This document shows positions 18,045 to 24,818 of a stretch of DNA of 31,614 nucleotides, one piece after another (position 1 is the first letter of the stretch; each line of letters opens with the position of its first letter). The translations under genes and the position numbers were made by a program. Below the pieces are notes generated by a model. The model saw only the letters and a program-made list of their open reading frames with translations, was not told where the DNA came from and made no database searches. This DNA comes from a virus (Duplodnaviria; Caudoviricetes). Where the stretch lies: positions 1 to 31,614 of the IMG/VR virus record IMGVR_UViG_3300046779_000482; one strand, 5' to 3'.

Positions 18045-18271
18045 AATAAGCCTTTCGGGAACGGATAGACTGCATCAGCGTGAGGAGTCCCAGGCCTCGG
18101 TGCATTGAAAAACCTCCTTTTGTCTAACTCTGTAGGCTTCCAGAATGCTTCCGGAGCCTCAGACTTGATGATATGAATGATCCTCTCTAACACCGGAGAG
18201 TCATCAGAAATGTTTGCTGGTCTTTTAGCAAACGCCTTTTTTAGCATGGTTTGGTGGTGTACGCTTAACAT
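18041..18271 (-). CDS. Hypothetical protein
   Basis: 76 aa; start overlaps the upstream stop (TAATG). Confidence 0.55.
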   Translation of the reverse strand: MLSVHHQTMLKKAFAKRPANISDDSPVLERIIHIIKSEAPEAFWKPTELDKRRFFNAPRPGTPHADAVYPFPKGLL

Positions 18272-18489
18272 TAGAACGGTACCTCGTCATCGTTAGTCTT
18301 AGTTGGTCTAGTTTCCCCGTCTTTCTGCTGAAACTTTAGGCCCAAATACTTTCCGTCGGAACCCTCGTTGATCCAGCCAGAGATCCAGTATTCGACATTG
18401 TTTATCATTGCTGAACCTCGGTAGTCTGGGTGCACATCCTTTTCCTTCTTCTTATTCTTGCTGATTGATCCTGTTAGTTCTTTTGGCAT
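18271..18489 (-). CDS. Small ssDNA-binding protein-like (DUF736-type)
   Basis: PDYRG...WISGW core and an SSB-like acidic tail DDEVPF; adjacent to the exonuclease. Confidence 0.65.
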   Translation of the reverse strand: MPKELTGSISKNKKKEKDVHPDYRGSAMINNVEYWISGWINEGSDGKYLGLKFQQKDGETRPTKTNDDEVPF

Positions 18490-19070
18490 AGCTTTTCTTC
18501 CATTTGAGTAACTTCGTTGAGAAAGGCAACCAGATCAGCCTCGATCTTGGTTAACTCTTCCGGTTTTGGCTCGTAACGTACGATGAATAACTGTAGATGT
18601 TCAGGAAGCCTTGGATCGAACGAAACAAAGTCGCACCAAGTCCGTCCAGTGACGAGCATTTGAGTAAGCATTTGTGGCTTGTATTTAGCGGGAACCTCCT
18701 TAGATAAAAGATAGTCGACATGAGTGTTTGAGTTAGGGCACTTGATCTCGATCAGCCCTGACCCTGCAAACCCGTCAGGAGACGCTCCAAGCCACTTTAT
18801 CGACTTGTGGGTATGAAACCCTGTCTGCTCGACGAAATGCCCTGTGTGAACCTCGTAGGCTGCTCTGGCGACAGGTTCTTGCTCTGTACCCCATTGCATA
18901 GCTGCATTCGTGAATGAATCGCTTTGCAAGCCCGTCAGACGCTCTGTAACGAGTTGAATCTGGTAGTTCCGGCGTGTAGCCGTACCCTGTTTCGCAAGCG
19001 CGTCTGAGGCTCTGCTAGCGGTTAGGTGGCCTAACCTTGCCTTGTACCAATCGTCAGATCTTTGTTCCAT
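18474..19070 (-). CDS. YqaJ-like (lambda-exonuclease family) viral recombinase nuclease
   Basis: QRSDDW...R.G.LTAS, WG...E, GASPDG, IEIKCP, Y..Q...Q, WCDFVSFDPR. Confidence 0.92.
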   Translation of the reverse strand: MEQRSDDWYKARLGHLTASRASDALAKQGTATRRNYQIQLVTERLTGLQSDSFTNAAMQWGTEQEPVARAAYEVHTGHFVEQTGFHTHKSIKWLGASPDGFAGSGLIEIKCPNSNTHVDYLLSKEVPAKYKPQMLTQMLVTGRTWCDFVSFDPRLPEHLQLFIVRYEPKPEELTKIEADLVAFLNEVTQMEEKLCQKN

Positions 19071-19347
19071 TTTGCACCTTTAACCATCCTCGTTCGATCA
19101 TTGTTTGCATCGTGTTTATGTACGCTTGGTTCCAGAAGTCTCGACGTTCCTCACGAGACATGTCTTTCCCCTGATCCAAGTATGAGTGACAACGAAAGCA
19201 TAGGGATGCTACTAAAGCATCAGAGACTTTGATTCCCATGCCTTTTCCTTGGTTTCGGTGGGCAGCGACCACAGTCCCATCCTCTGCAAAGCATGACCCG
19301 CAAGGGATGTATCTACAGGCCTCAAGCAGTTTTTTGTTTATGTACAT
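19054..19347 (-). CDS. Zn-binding putative nuclease (DUF1364/YbcO-like)
   Basis: CxxC...AAH...GMG.K..D.....LCxxCH pattern. Confidence 0.65.
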   Translation of the reverse strand: MYINKKLLEACRYIPCGSCFAEDGTVVAAHRNQGKGMGIKVSDALVASLCFRCHSYLDQGKDMSREERRDFWNQAYINTMQTMIERGWLKVQNGTKI

Positions 19348-19741
19348 TTATCTTCCTTAGATCAAGTTCAGCGTCCTTCATCTCATCCGTCCAGACCAAG
19401 CCCTTCTCTAATGCGTACTGTAAAAGTTGCTCCACCATGTCTGAGAACTCAGAGACCGTAAGCGAAGCAGTGGAAGGCTCGATCTCTTTTACCTGACCGC
19501 CAGGGAGTTCAACGACACGAGAAGGCAGAAACCTCGTCTTAGCCCACTCATGCCAGATGTCCTGGGTGTACTGCTGGCCCATTAACTGTTCAGCACAAGC
19601 TGTCAGGATCGACCAATAGAACCGATTCTGAGCCGCTGTGCGAGGAGGTTTGGAGATAGTTACCATGTAGCCTAGTTCCGTAGCTTCTATGGCCTCTATG
19701 ACCCTCCTGCGGTCATTCTCAGTTGTTAGGATTAATCTCAT
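19322..19741 (-). CDS. ninB: NinB-like recombination protein
   Basis: RTAAQNRFYW, W.E..K..F, STASLTVSEFS motifs; G..W near the C-terminus. Confidence 0.8.
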   Translation of the reverse strand: MRLILTTENDRRRVIEAIEATELGYMVTISKPPRTAAQNRFYWSILTACAEQLMGQQYTQDIWHEWAKTRFLPSRVVELPGGQVKEIEPSTASLTVSEFSDMVEQLLQYALEKGLVWTDEMKDAELDLRKINVHKQKTA

Positions 19742-20072
19742 TTCTTAGATACCAGTTGTAGTTTGCTCGAAAGGCTCGTCTTTCAAAGTCAGTAAACTTG
19801 TCGTGACGATCGGAGAACATAGCCTCGACCATGCGCCTCTTGAATTGTTTACTGTCAACGTCAAGCCACATTAGATAGTTATCGAGCCCTGACTCGTAAA
19901 GGTCTCCGAATAGAAACCGCATGGCTGTGATCGTGTCCTCTTGCGGACGGGTTTTGTAGGGTGCTTTGCAAGCATCATCGACTGCTAGTTGGATGACAGA
20001 CCAGAGTAGTTTCTTGCAACGCTCGGTCTGGATTGAGTCCAGCAGCCCTTCTTCAAATGTGTGTAGGTTCAT
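19719..20072 (-). CDS. Hypothetical phage protein
   Basis: Start at ATG 20072 (ATGA overlap); LLWSVIQLAVDDA motif; the longer ORF-track start is unlikely. Confidence 0.55.
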   Translation of the reverse strand: MNLHTFEEGLLDSIQTERCKKLLWSVIQLAVDDACKAPYKTRPQEDTITAMRFLFGDLYESGLDNYLMWLDVDSKQFKRRMVEAMFSDRHDKFTDFERRAFRANYNWYLRNEINPNN

Positions 20073-20371
20073 TTTCTTTTGTAGTAGTAAGCCCAGGCTT
20101 GCCTGTAGAGTTTTTCTTTTGTTACCAACTTGCGAGCCTCGAGTGCGCGAATCATCTTCAAGGCATTTTGTGGTGTGCAACCGAACTTGTTAGCCAGATC
20201 GTTGAGTGACATCCAGTCATCGAGCGCGGTTAGATAAGCCGTTTGTGTCGGAGTCAGCGGTTTAGACTTGTTTAGCATCAACCGGCCAAACTTTTCCACC
20301 GACTTCAGGAACTCATCTCGGTGTGAGATGAGAACCCCTGATTGCTTGGCAATAGAGAGAATTTGACTCAT
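20069..20371 (-). CDS. Winged helix-turn-helix DNA-binding protein
   Basis: LTPTQ...L....MSLNDLANKFGCTPQNALKMIRALEARKLV wHTH pattern. Confidence 0.7.
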   Translation of the reverse strand: MSQILSIAKQSGVLISHRDEFLKSVEKFGRLMLNKSKPLTPTQTAYLTALDDWMSLNDLANKFGCTPQNALKMIRALEARKLVTKEKLYRQAWAYYYKRK

Positions 20372-20898
20372 TTGATCTCCGTCAGTTCTTTCTTGCGTTG
20401 TTCTTTGGCTGCGTCCAACTGATTGATAGCTTGCGGATCATTCTTGAACTCTTTGTAGCTTGTAGTCCATGCCGCTTTTAATTCGTCTACTGTTTTGGCC
20501 TCTGAGAGCGTTTTTATGTGGTCGTCTACGGAAGGCTTATCTTCATCTGGCAGATCCTCTCCAGCGTAGATATAAAGCCCGATACCGTGGAGACTGATAG
20601 CTTTGGCTAGACACCGTTGCATAGCAGTGTTGACCTGGAAAGCATCTGGGTTAGAGATCGCTTTGTTACGGTGATCCATGACAGGCAATTGTGCAGTGCG
20701 AGAAACACCGAACGCTTTGACCTCGCAGAACACCATAACCGTGTCATTCCAGGTCTGGTGAGGTTTGTACTCCCAGGTTGCGTTTGGATCGTGTTGCAGC
20801 AATGTATCTACAGCCCAGGCCCAGGAGAGATACGAGAGGCCGTTTTTCTTTTCGATCTTCTCGTTTACGTTGATCTTTCTAAGTTCGTTGAATTTCAT
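20368..20898 (-). CDS. Sak-type single-strand annealing protein (DUF1071)
   Basis: KKNGLSYLSWAWA, LPVMD.RN, N.A.QRCLAKAI..HG.GLYIYAGED; start ATG 20898 preceded by GGAGCCAAAC. Confidence 0.85.
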   Translation of the reverse strand: MKFNELRKINVNEKIEKKNGLSYLSWAWAVDTLLQHDPNATWEYKPHQTWNDTVMVFCEVKAFGVSRTAQLPVMDHRNKAISNPDAFQVNTAMQRCLAKAISLHGIGLYIYAGEDLPDEDKPSVDDHIKTLSEAKTVDELKAAWTTSYKEFKNDPQAINQLDAAKEQRKKELTEIK

Positions 20899-20909
20899 GT
20901 TTGGCTCCG

Positions 20910-21041
20910 TTACTTTATGAACAGGAAGAGCAGTGTTCCGTAGCAAATCCCCAATAGCGCGCATAGTGCCCAATCACTCCTCGTTATCTTGTACTTGGTC
21001 AAGTTCGTATTCCTGTTGTTCCAACTGTTGTTGGTAGTCAT
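20910..21041 (-). CDS. 43-aa small membrane protein (not in ORF track)
   Basis: MTTNNSWNNRNTNLTKYKITRSDWALCALLGICYGTLLFLFIK*; GAGGG upstream; fills the gap before the Sak gene. Confidence 0.5.
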   Translation of the reverse strand: MTTNNSWNNRNTNLTKYKITRSDWALCALLGICYGTLLFLFIK

Positions 21042-21108
21042 CTTGTTCCCTCTCTTTGTCGTATCTGTAAAGTTCTCTGTCTAGCCACCAGTCGTAGTCA
21101 ACGCTCAT
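20974..21108 (-). CDS. 44-aa acidic early protein (not in ORF track)
   Basis: MSVDYDWWLDRELYRYDKEREQDDYQQQLEQQEYELDQVQDNEE*; GGAGG RBS; ATGA overlap with upstream gene. Confidence 0.55.
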   Translation of the reverse strand: MSVDYDWWLDRELYRYDKEREQDDYQQQLEQQEYELDQVQDNEE

Positions 21109-21275
21109 ACAGCCTCCAGGTATTTGTTAAGTTCGTCTCTAAGTTGCGTTACTTGTTCTTTGTTGAGATGTATAGATGCGTGAGCTTTCAAATGCCAGAT
21201 AGAAATCCAAATGTCTTGCTCGTAGTCACTGATACATAACTTTTCGTAATCTGTTGTTGCGATCTGTACGTCCAT
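21105..21275 (-). CDS. 56-aa first gene of leftward early operon (not in ORF track)
   Basis: MDVQIATTDYEKLCISDYEQDIWISIWHLKAHASIHLNKEQVTQLRDELNKYLEAV*; strong RBS AAGGAGCCAAC-ATG. Confidence 0.65.
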   Translation of the reverse strand: MDVQIATTDYEKLCISDYEQDIWISIWHLKAHASIHLNKEQVTQLRDELNKYLEAV

Positions 21276-21300
21276 GTTGGCTCCTTGTTGTGATGGAGTA

Positions 21301-21349
21301 ATCTTAGGCTTATCAACTACTAAAGACTGTCATCGTGACGACAATCTCT
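21301..21349 (-). promoter_or_regulatory. Leftward early promoter with upstream dyad
   Basis: Minus strand reads AGAGATTGTC-N8-GACAGTC, 18 nt, TAAGAT (-10-like, 21301-21306); same architecture as 22069-22117. Confidence 0.6.
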
Positions 21350-21688
21350 GCCGCTGATACCAAAAAAAAACGCCGTTCGTCGGTAAGTCCTACTCAGCGA
21401 TCCTTAGCTGCGCTGAGAGAGCGAGGTTACTTATGTCAGATCGTCGAGCACTGGAACCCGTGGGCCAGGATCAGGCAGGACTTGTTTGGGATAGGCGACA
21501 TACTTTGTCTTAAAGACGATGAGACGCTTTTAGTTCAGACGACCTCAAGAGGTAACGTGTCAGCCAGGGTAAAGAAGATTGCAGAGTGTGAGCACTTACC
21601 GGCTATCTTGCGAGCAGGCTGGAAGATAGAGGTTCACGGGTGGGGCAAGTTAAAAGAGGGCTGGACTTGCAAGGTTGTGGAGATCTGA
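21335..21688 (+). CDS. PD-(D/E)XK-type small nuclease / resolvase-like protein
   Basis: SPTQRSL..LR..GY, DLFG..D, LLVQ.T, IEVHGW motifs; start uncertain (GTG inside the dyad, no clear RBS). Confidence 0.6.
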   Translation: MTTISAADTKKKRRSSVSPTQRSLAALRERGYLCQIVEHWNPWARIRQDLFGIGDILCLKDDETLLVQTTSRGNVSARVKKIAECEHLPAILRAGWKIEVHGWGKLKEGWTCKVVEI

Positions 21689-21694
21689 TAAGAT
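21667..21694 (+). promoter_or_regulatory. Sigma70-like promoter upstream of the structured region
   Basis: TTGCAA (21667-72), 16 nt, TAAGAT (21689-94) with an extended -10 TG; predicted start near 21701. Confidence 0.55.
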
Positions 21695-21700
21695 TAGTTT

Positions 21701-21800
21701 GTCTGTGTGGAAGCAGATGTAAGCCGTTAGGAATGTGCCCTGCCCCTGTTTCCTTAAGGGGGCTTCCACCAGGGTACATCCTTAACGGCTTTTTCTTTTT
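21701..21800 (+). ncRNA. Candidate structured RNA: loop-loop/pseudoknot element ending in a terminator-like stem
   Basis: GTGGAAGC (21707-14) complements GCTTCCAC (21762-69); 22-bp stem 21721-42/21770-91 with two G-U pairs and one mismatch; T-rich tail. Confidence 0.55.
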
Positions 21801-22068
21801 CTACCAGACCGTACTCCGAGCGTTATTAAGAACCTGCATGGGTTGCGCGGAAGTAAACACCGGCTGGCGATACACCCCGTTTCATGCCGATCCAGACTGT
21901 CAGTGAGGTACTGGACTAAGCCTCTTGTACATGGGTGGGACAAGCAAGAGGTGGAGAGAATCGCTGGCTTAGGCTGTACTAGGCAGGGAACATCCAGAAG
22001 CGACCCCTGCTGGGTAAGGTGAGTGCTACCACCCTTGGGGAAGTTATGTCCAGAAAGAAAGAATATGT
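21801..22068 (+). other. Non-coding multi-hairpin region (candidate ncRNA or replication origin)
   Basis: No credible ORF; stems TCCAG/CTGGA, CCTCTTG/CAAGAGG, CTAAGCC/GGCTTAG, GCAGGG/CCCTGC; lies upstream of the replication gene. Confidence 0.4.
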
Positions 22069-22117
22069 AGAGATTGTCAACAGAACGACAGTCAACAATA
22101 AAAATAAGGTTTACATT
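22069..22117 (+). promoter_or_regulatory. Rightward early promoter with upstream dyad
   Basis: AGAGATTGTC-N8-GACAGTC, 18 nt, TACATT (-10-like, 22112-17); leader ACAACAGGAG before ATG 22145. Confidence 0.6.
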
Positions 22118-22144
22118 GAGATTTCCTAACAACAGGAGAAAACA

Positions 22145-22507
22145 ATGTTCGAGGAGTTTTGGAGCAAATACCCAAGAAAGGTCGCCAAACGTGCTGCACA
22201 AAAAGCATGGGCCAAACTATCGCCACAAGAGCAAAAGTCTGCTGTAGAGGCTTTAGTGACGCACAACAAGTATTACCAAGTGAAAGGTACTGGGCAGGAG
22301 TTTATCCCGCATCCTGCTACGTGGTTGAACCAGGGAAGATGGGAGGACGAACTAGAGATCGCACCTGCACAAGAGAAGGTTGTTGTGTGGTGGGCGACAG
22401 AGAAAGGTACTGCTGAGATGGCAGCGAAAGTAGATTGTCCTGCTAGACCAGGAGAGGATTGGAACTCTTGGAAGGCAAGGATCTCTGAAAAGTTGAGGGC
22501 AGCATGA
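22145..22507 (+). CDS. Replication-initiator C-terminal-type domain protein (stand-alone)
   Basis: FEEFW..YPRKV.K..A.KAW and FIPHPATWLNQ.RWEDE, motifs typical of the C-terminal part of phage replisome-organiser proteins; strong AGGAG RBS. Confidence 0.7.
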   Translation: MFEEFWSKYPRKVAKRAAQKAWAKLSPQEQKSAVEALVTHNKYYQVKGTGQEFIPHPATWLNQGRWEDELEIAPAQEKVVVWWATEKGTAEMAAKVDCPARPGEDWNSWKARISEKLRAA

Positions 22508-22791
22508 AAAAACTTTTATTTGGTGTTTTGCTTGCCATGTCTTTTTCTGTATCAGCACAGACCTGGTCTGCAAGCAATGAGGGAGGCGGTGAGATCGTAC
22601 TTACCTTGCGTCAGGACAAATGCAAGCGATATGGATCACACCTGGTTGATGGCTACAGCTATGTGTCCAATGGTCAGATGGTTGATTTTTGTTGGGCTGT
22701 CGTTGACGACATGATCCGCGTTGTTTACCTGCATAACTCAAGCGTGCGGGTTTACAAGCCTGAACTATTTAGCAGGAAAACAGACAAATGA
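22504..22791 (+). CDS. Exported protein with Sec signal peptide
   Basis: MKK, hydrophobic core, VSA-Q cleavage pattern; two Cys in the mature part. Confidence 0.65.
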   Translation: MKKLLFGVLLAMSFSVSAQTWSASNEGGGEIVLTLRQDKCKRYGSHLVDGYSYVSNGQMVDFCWAVVDDMIRVVYLHNSSVRVYKPELFSRKTDK

Positions 22792-22955
22792 ACAGCATGC
22801 TTGGATTTGCATTATCAGCCTGGGTGCTACTGGCCTGGCTCACCCATGTCATCGTATCGATTCAGAGTGCCAAGTGGCTGCTGCTGATTGCAGGCTGCAT
22901 CATATTCCCGGTGGGCTGCGTGCATGGCACAGGCGTCTGGTTTGGGGTGTTTTGA
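22788..22955 (+). CDS. 55-aa membrane protein (not in ORF track)
   Basis: MNSMLGFALSAWVLLAWLTHVIVSIQSAKWLLLIAGCIIFPVGCVHGTGVWFGVF*; coupled by ATGA and TGATG overlaps. Confidence 0.65.
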   Translation: MNSMLGFALSAWVLLAWLTHVIVSIQSAKWLLLIAGCIIFPVGCVHGTGVWFGVF

Positions 22956-23218
22956 TGCACCGATACTTTGAAGTCAGGATGCTGGTCAAGGACGAGTCCT
23001 TGAGGATCAAAGACATCGTTAAGCAAACCGGCTATGACAAAGGCCATGTAAGCCGGCTGCGTAAAGCCTCGCGCATTGATAAGTTGATTGCAGATGCTGT
23101 GGCTGCTGAGCGTGAGGCGTGTGCGAAGGTGTGTGAAGACATAGACACCGAATACGAAGGTGAGGATGTGCTGGCAACTTGGTGCGCCGCCGCCATACGA
23201 GCAAGGGGACAGTTATGA
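22955..23218 (+). CDS. Hypothetical protein, HTH-like N-terminus plus EREACA motif
   Basis: Start ATG 22955; IKDIVKQTGYDKGHVSRLR and AEREACAKVCE...CAAAIRARG. Confidence 0.55.
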   Translation: MHRYFEVRMLVKDESLRIKDIVKQTGYDKGHVSRLRKASRIDKLIADAVAAEREACAKVCEDIDTEYEGEDVLATWCAAAIRARGQL

Positions 23219-23400
23219 CAGATAAAGAAAAAGCCTACGCACTACTAAGAAAGCTAGCAGACGAAACAACGTATGTGATGGTGCATCCCAACGAGCTAAG
23301 GATTCTTCTTGACGATCTTGACCATATGAGGCTTAGGGTAGGGATCGCCAGAGAAGAACTTAGCGATGCTTGGCAGCTTTTTAGAGGGGATATGGCGTGA
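23215..23400 (+). CDS. Hypothetical protein
   Basis: ATG 23215 overlaps the upstream stop; AGGGG RBS. Confidence 0.5.
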   Translation: MTDKEKAYALLRKLADETTYVMVHPNELRILLDDLDHMRLRVGIAREELSDAWQLFRGDMA

Positions 23401-23591
23401 GAAAAAATAGACCATTTACTGTTCGCTGGTTGAAGCCAGGAGATATGTTTATTTTGATTAGGACTGGCGAAAAATATCAATATGTACAGAAAGACATAAA
23501 TACGCCAGGGGGCATCAAACACTGGGTTAGGAGGTTGCTAGAAAAAGAACACAGAACCCTGCATCACTCCTGCCATGTAGAACTTATTTAG
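23397..23591 (+). CDS. Hypothetical protein
   Basis: 64 aa; GTGA overlap; LKPGD.F motif. Confidence 0.5.
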   Translation: MRKNRPFTVRWLKPGDMFILIRTGEKYQYVQKDINTPGGIKHWVRRLLEKEHRTLHHSCHVELI

Positions 23592-23599
23592 GGCTAGCC

Positions 23600-23788
23600 A
23601 TGAACAGAAAATACGATTTGGCAAAGGTTGGTGAGGTTGGCGTGTGGGGCAAGGAACTTGAGAAAGAGCCGTTGTATTGGGTTTATGCCGACGACATATC
23701 GCAAGAACTTGTCGATGAAACGGCGAAACAAGAACATGAGCCAGTGGTAAATATCGTAACAGGGCTGCGACTGAAAGAAACAAGCTAA
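23600..23788 (+). CDS. Hypothetical protein
   Basis: 62 aa ORF that fits the operon tiling. Confidence 0.4.
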   Translation: MNRKYDLAKVGEVGVWGKELEKEPLYWVYADDISQELVDETAKQEHEPVVNIVTGLRLKETS

Positions 23789-23801
23789 AGGAGAAGAACA
23801 G

Positions 23802-23999
23802 TTGAAAACCTATCTTGCAGGCGAGGCTGTGTGGAGACGGCCAGCCGATCAATCGCCACCACGAGGTGTCAAGATGCTGCTATTGAACCCTAGCGGTGTG
23901 TGCGTAATCGGTGCTTGGGCTGACTGGGCTCTGGCTTGGGCTCCGCTGCCTAAAGTTCAGGGCGAAATCAAGGAATTACTTATAAAGGGAGCAGCATGA
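23802..23999 (+). CDS. Hypothetical protein (DUF551-like W.PLP motif)
   Basis: AAGGAG RBS with TTG start; PPRGVKMLLL...AWAPLPK. Confidence 0.55.
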   Translation: MKTYLAGEAVWRRPADQSPPRGVKMLLLNPSGVCVIGAWADWALAWAPLPKVQGEIKELLIKGAA

Positions 24000-24274
24000 G
24001 TGGCGATCACAATATGAAGGATTCTTTTGAGTGTCCAAGGTGCGGACATTGCTGCGCTGTTGATGAATGGGAGGTTCAAGACAACGTAAACCATCCTAAG
24101 CACTACACGTCTCATCCTTCTGGCGTAGAGTGCATCGAGATCACGGAGCATATGAACTTCAACCTTGGTAATGCTACTAAATACGTTTGGAGGGCAAGCC
24201 TAAAAGGCAAAGAGGTCGAAGATCTCAAGAAAGCTATCTGGTACCTGGAAAGAGAGATAGCGAGGATAGGATGA
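23996..24274 (+). CDS. DUF3310 family protein (T7 gp1.7-like putative nucleotide kinase)
   Basis: DNVNHPKHY...ECIEI...F.LGNA.KYVWR...EDLKKAIWYL. Confidence 0.85.
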   Translation: MSGDHNMKDSFECPRCGHCCAVDEWEVQDNVNHPKHYTSHPSGVECIEITEHMNFNLGNATKYVWRASLKGKEVEDLKKAIWYLEREIARIG

Positions 24275-24816
24275 AGGTTCTTATTGCTTGCGAGTATTCG
24301 GGTGCTGTAAGAGATGCATTTACAAAAAAAGGTCATAAAGCTTTGTCATGCGATTTACTAGCGACTGATAAACCAGGCGAGCATTATCAAGGCGACGTTT
24401 TTGACATCATTAATGATGGTTGGGATTTGATGATTGCTCACCCGCCGTGTACCCATCTTGCTGTAAGCGGGGCAAGATGGTTTAAGGATAAGGTTACAGA
24501 GCAAGCAGAAGCTTTAGACTTTGTTCGAAAACTTATGAATGCTGACATTGACCGTATCTGTATAGAAAACCCTGTATCCATTATCAGCAGCAGGATAAGG
24601 AAGCCAGATCAAACGATTCAGCCCTGGCAGTTTGGACATGGTGAAACTAAACGGACGTGCTTATGGCTTAAAGGTTTGCCTAAACTGGTTCCTACTAATA
24701 TTGTTGATGGAAGGTATCAAAGAATATGGAAGCTTCCGCCTAGCCCTGATCGATGGAAAATTCGAAGTGCTACTTTTCAAGGCATCGCTGATGCTATGGC
24801 TAATCAATGGGGATGA
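24271..24816 (+). CDS. Short DNA cytosine-C5 methyltransferase-like protein
   Basis: Start ATG 24271; VLIACEYSG, HPPCT (PC catalytic motif), IENP, K.TCLW, GIA.AMA.QWG. Confidence 0.75.
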   Translation: MKVLIACEYSGAVRDAFTKKGHKALSCDLLATDKPGEHYQGDVFDIINDGWDLMIAHPPCTHLAVSGARWFKDKVTEQAEALDFVRKLMNADIDRICIENPVSIISSRIRKPDQTIQPWQFGHGETKRTCLWLKGLPKLVPTNIVDGRYQRIWKLPPSPDRWKIRSATFQGIADAMANQWG

Positions 24817-24818
24817 TA

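Noticed and set aside
21325-21346. Dyad as a LexA SOS box
   Set aside because: The beta/gammaproteobacterial SOS box is CTGT-N8-ACAG; here the spacing is 10 nt and one half-site is imperfect in both copies.
21801-22068. tRNA or tmRNA in the non-coding region
   Set aside because: No T-loop GTTCRA motif or cloverleaf could be found by eye.
21640-22201. ORFs 21640-21906 (+) and 21782-22201 (-)
   Set aside because: No RBS, atypical composition, and they run across promoters and strong hairpins; the region is better explained as non-coding.
22721-22954. N-terminal extension of ORF 22721-23218
   Set aside because: The interval is occupied by better-supported coupled genes (22504-22791 and 22788-22955); the start is probably 22955.
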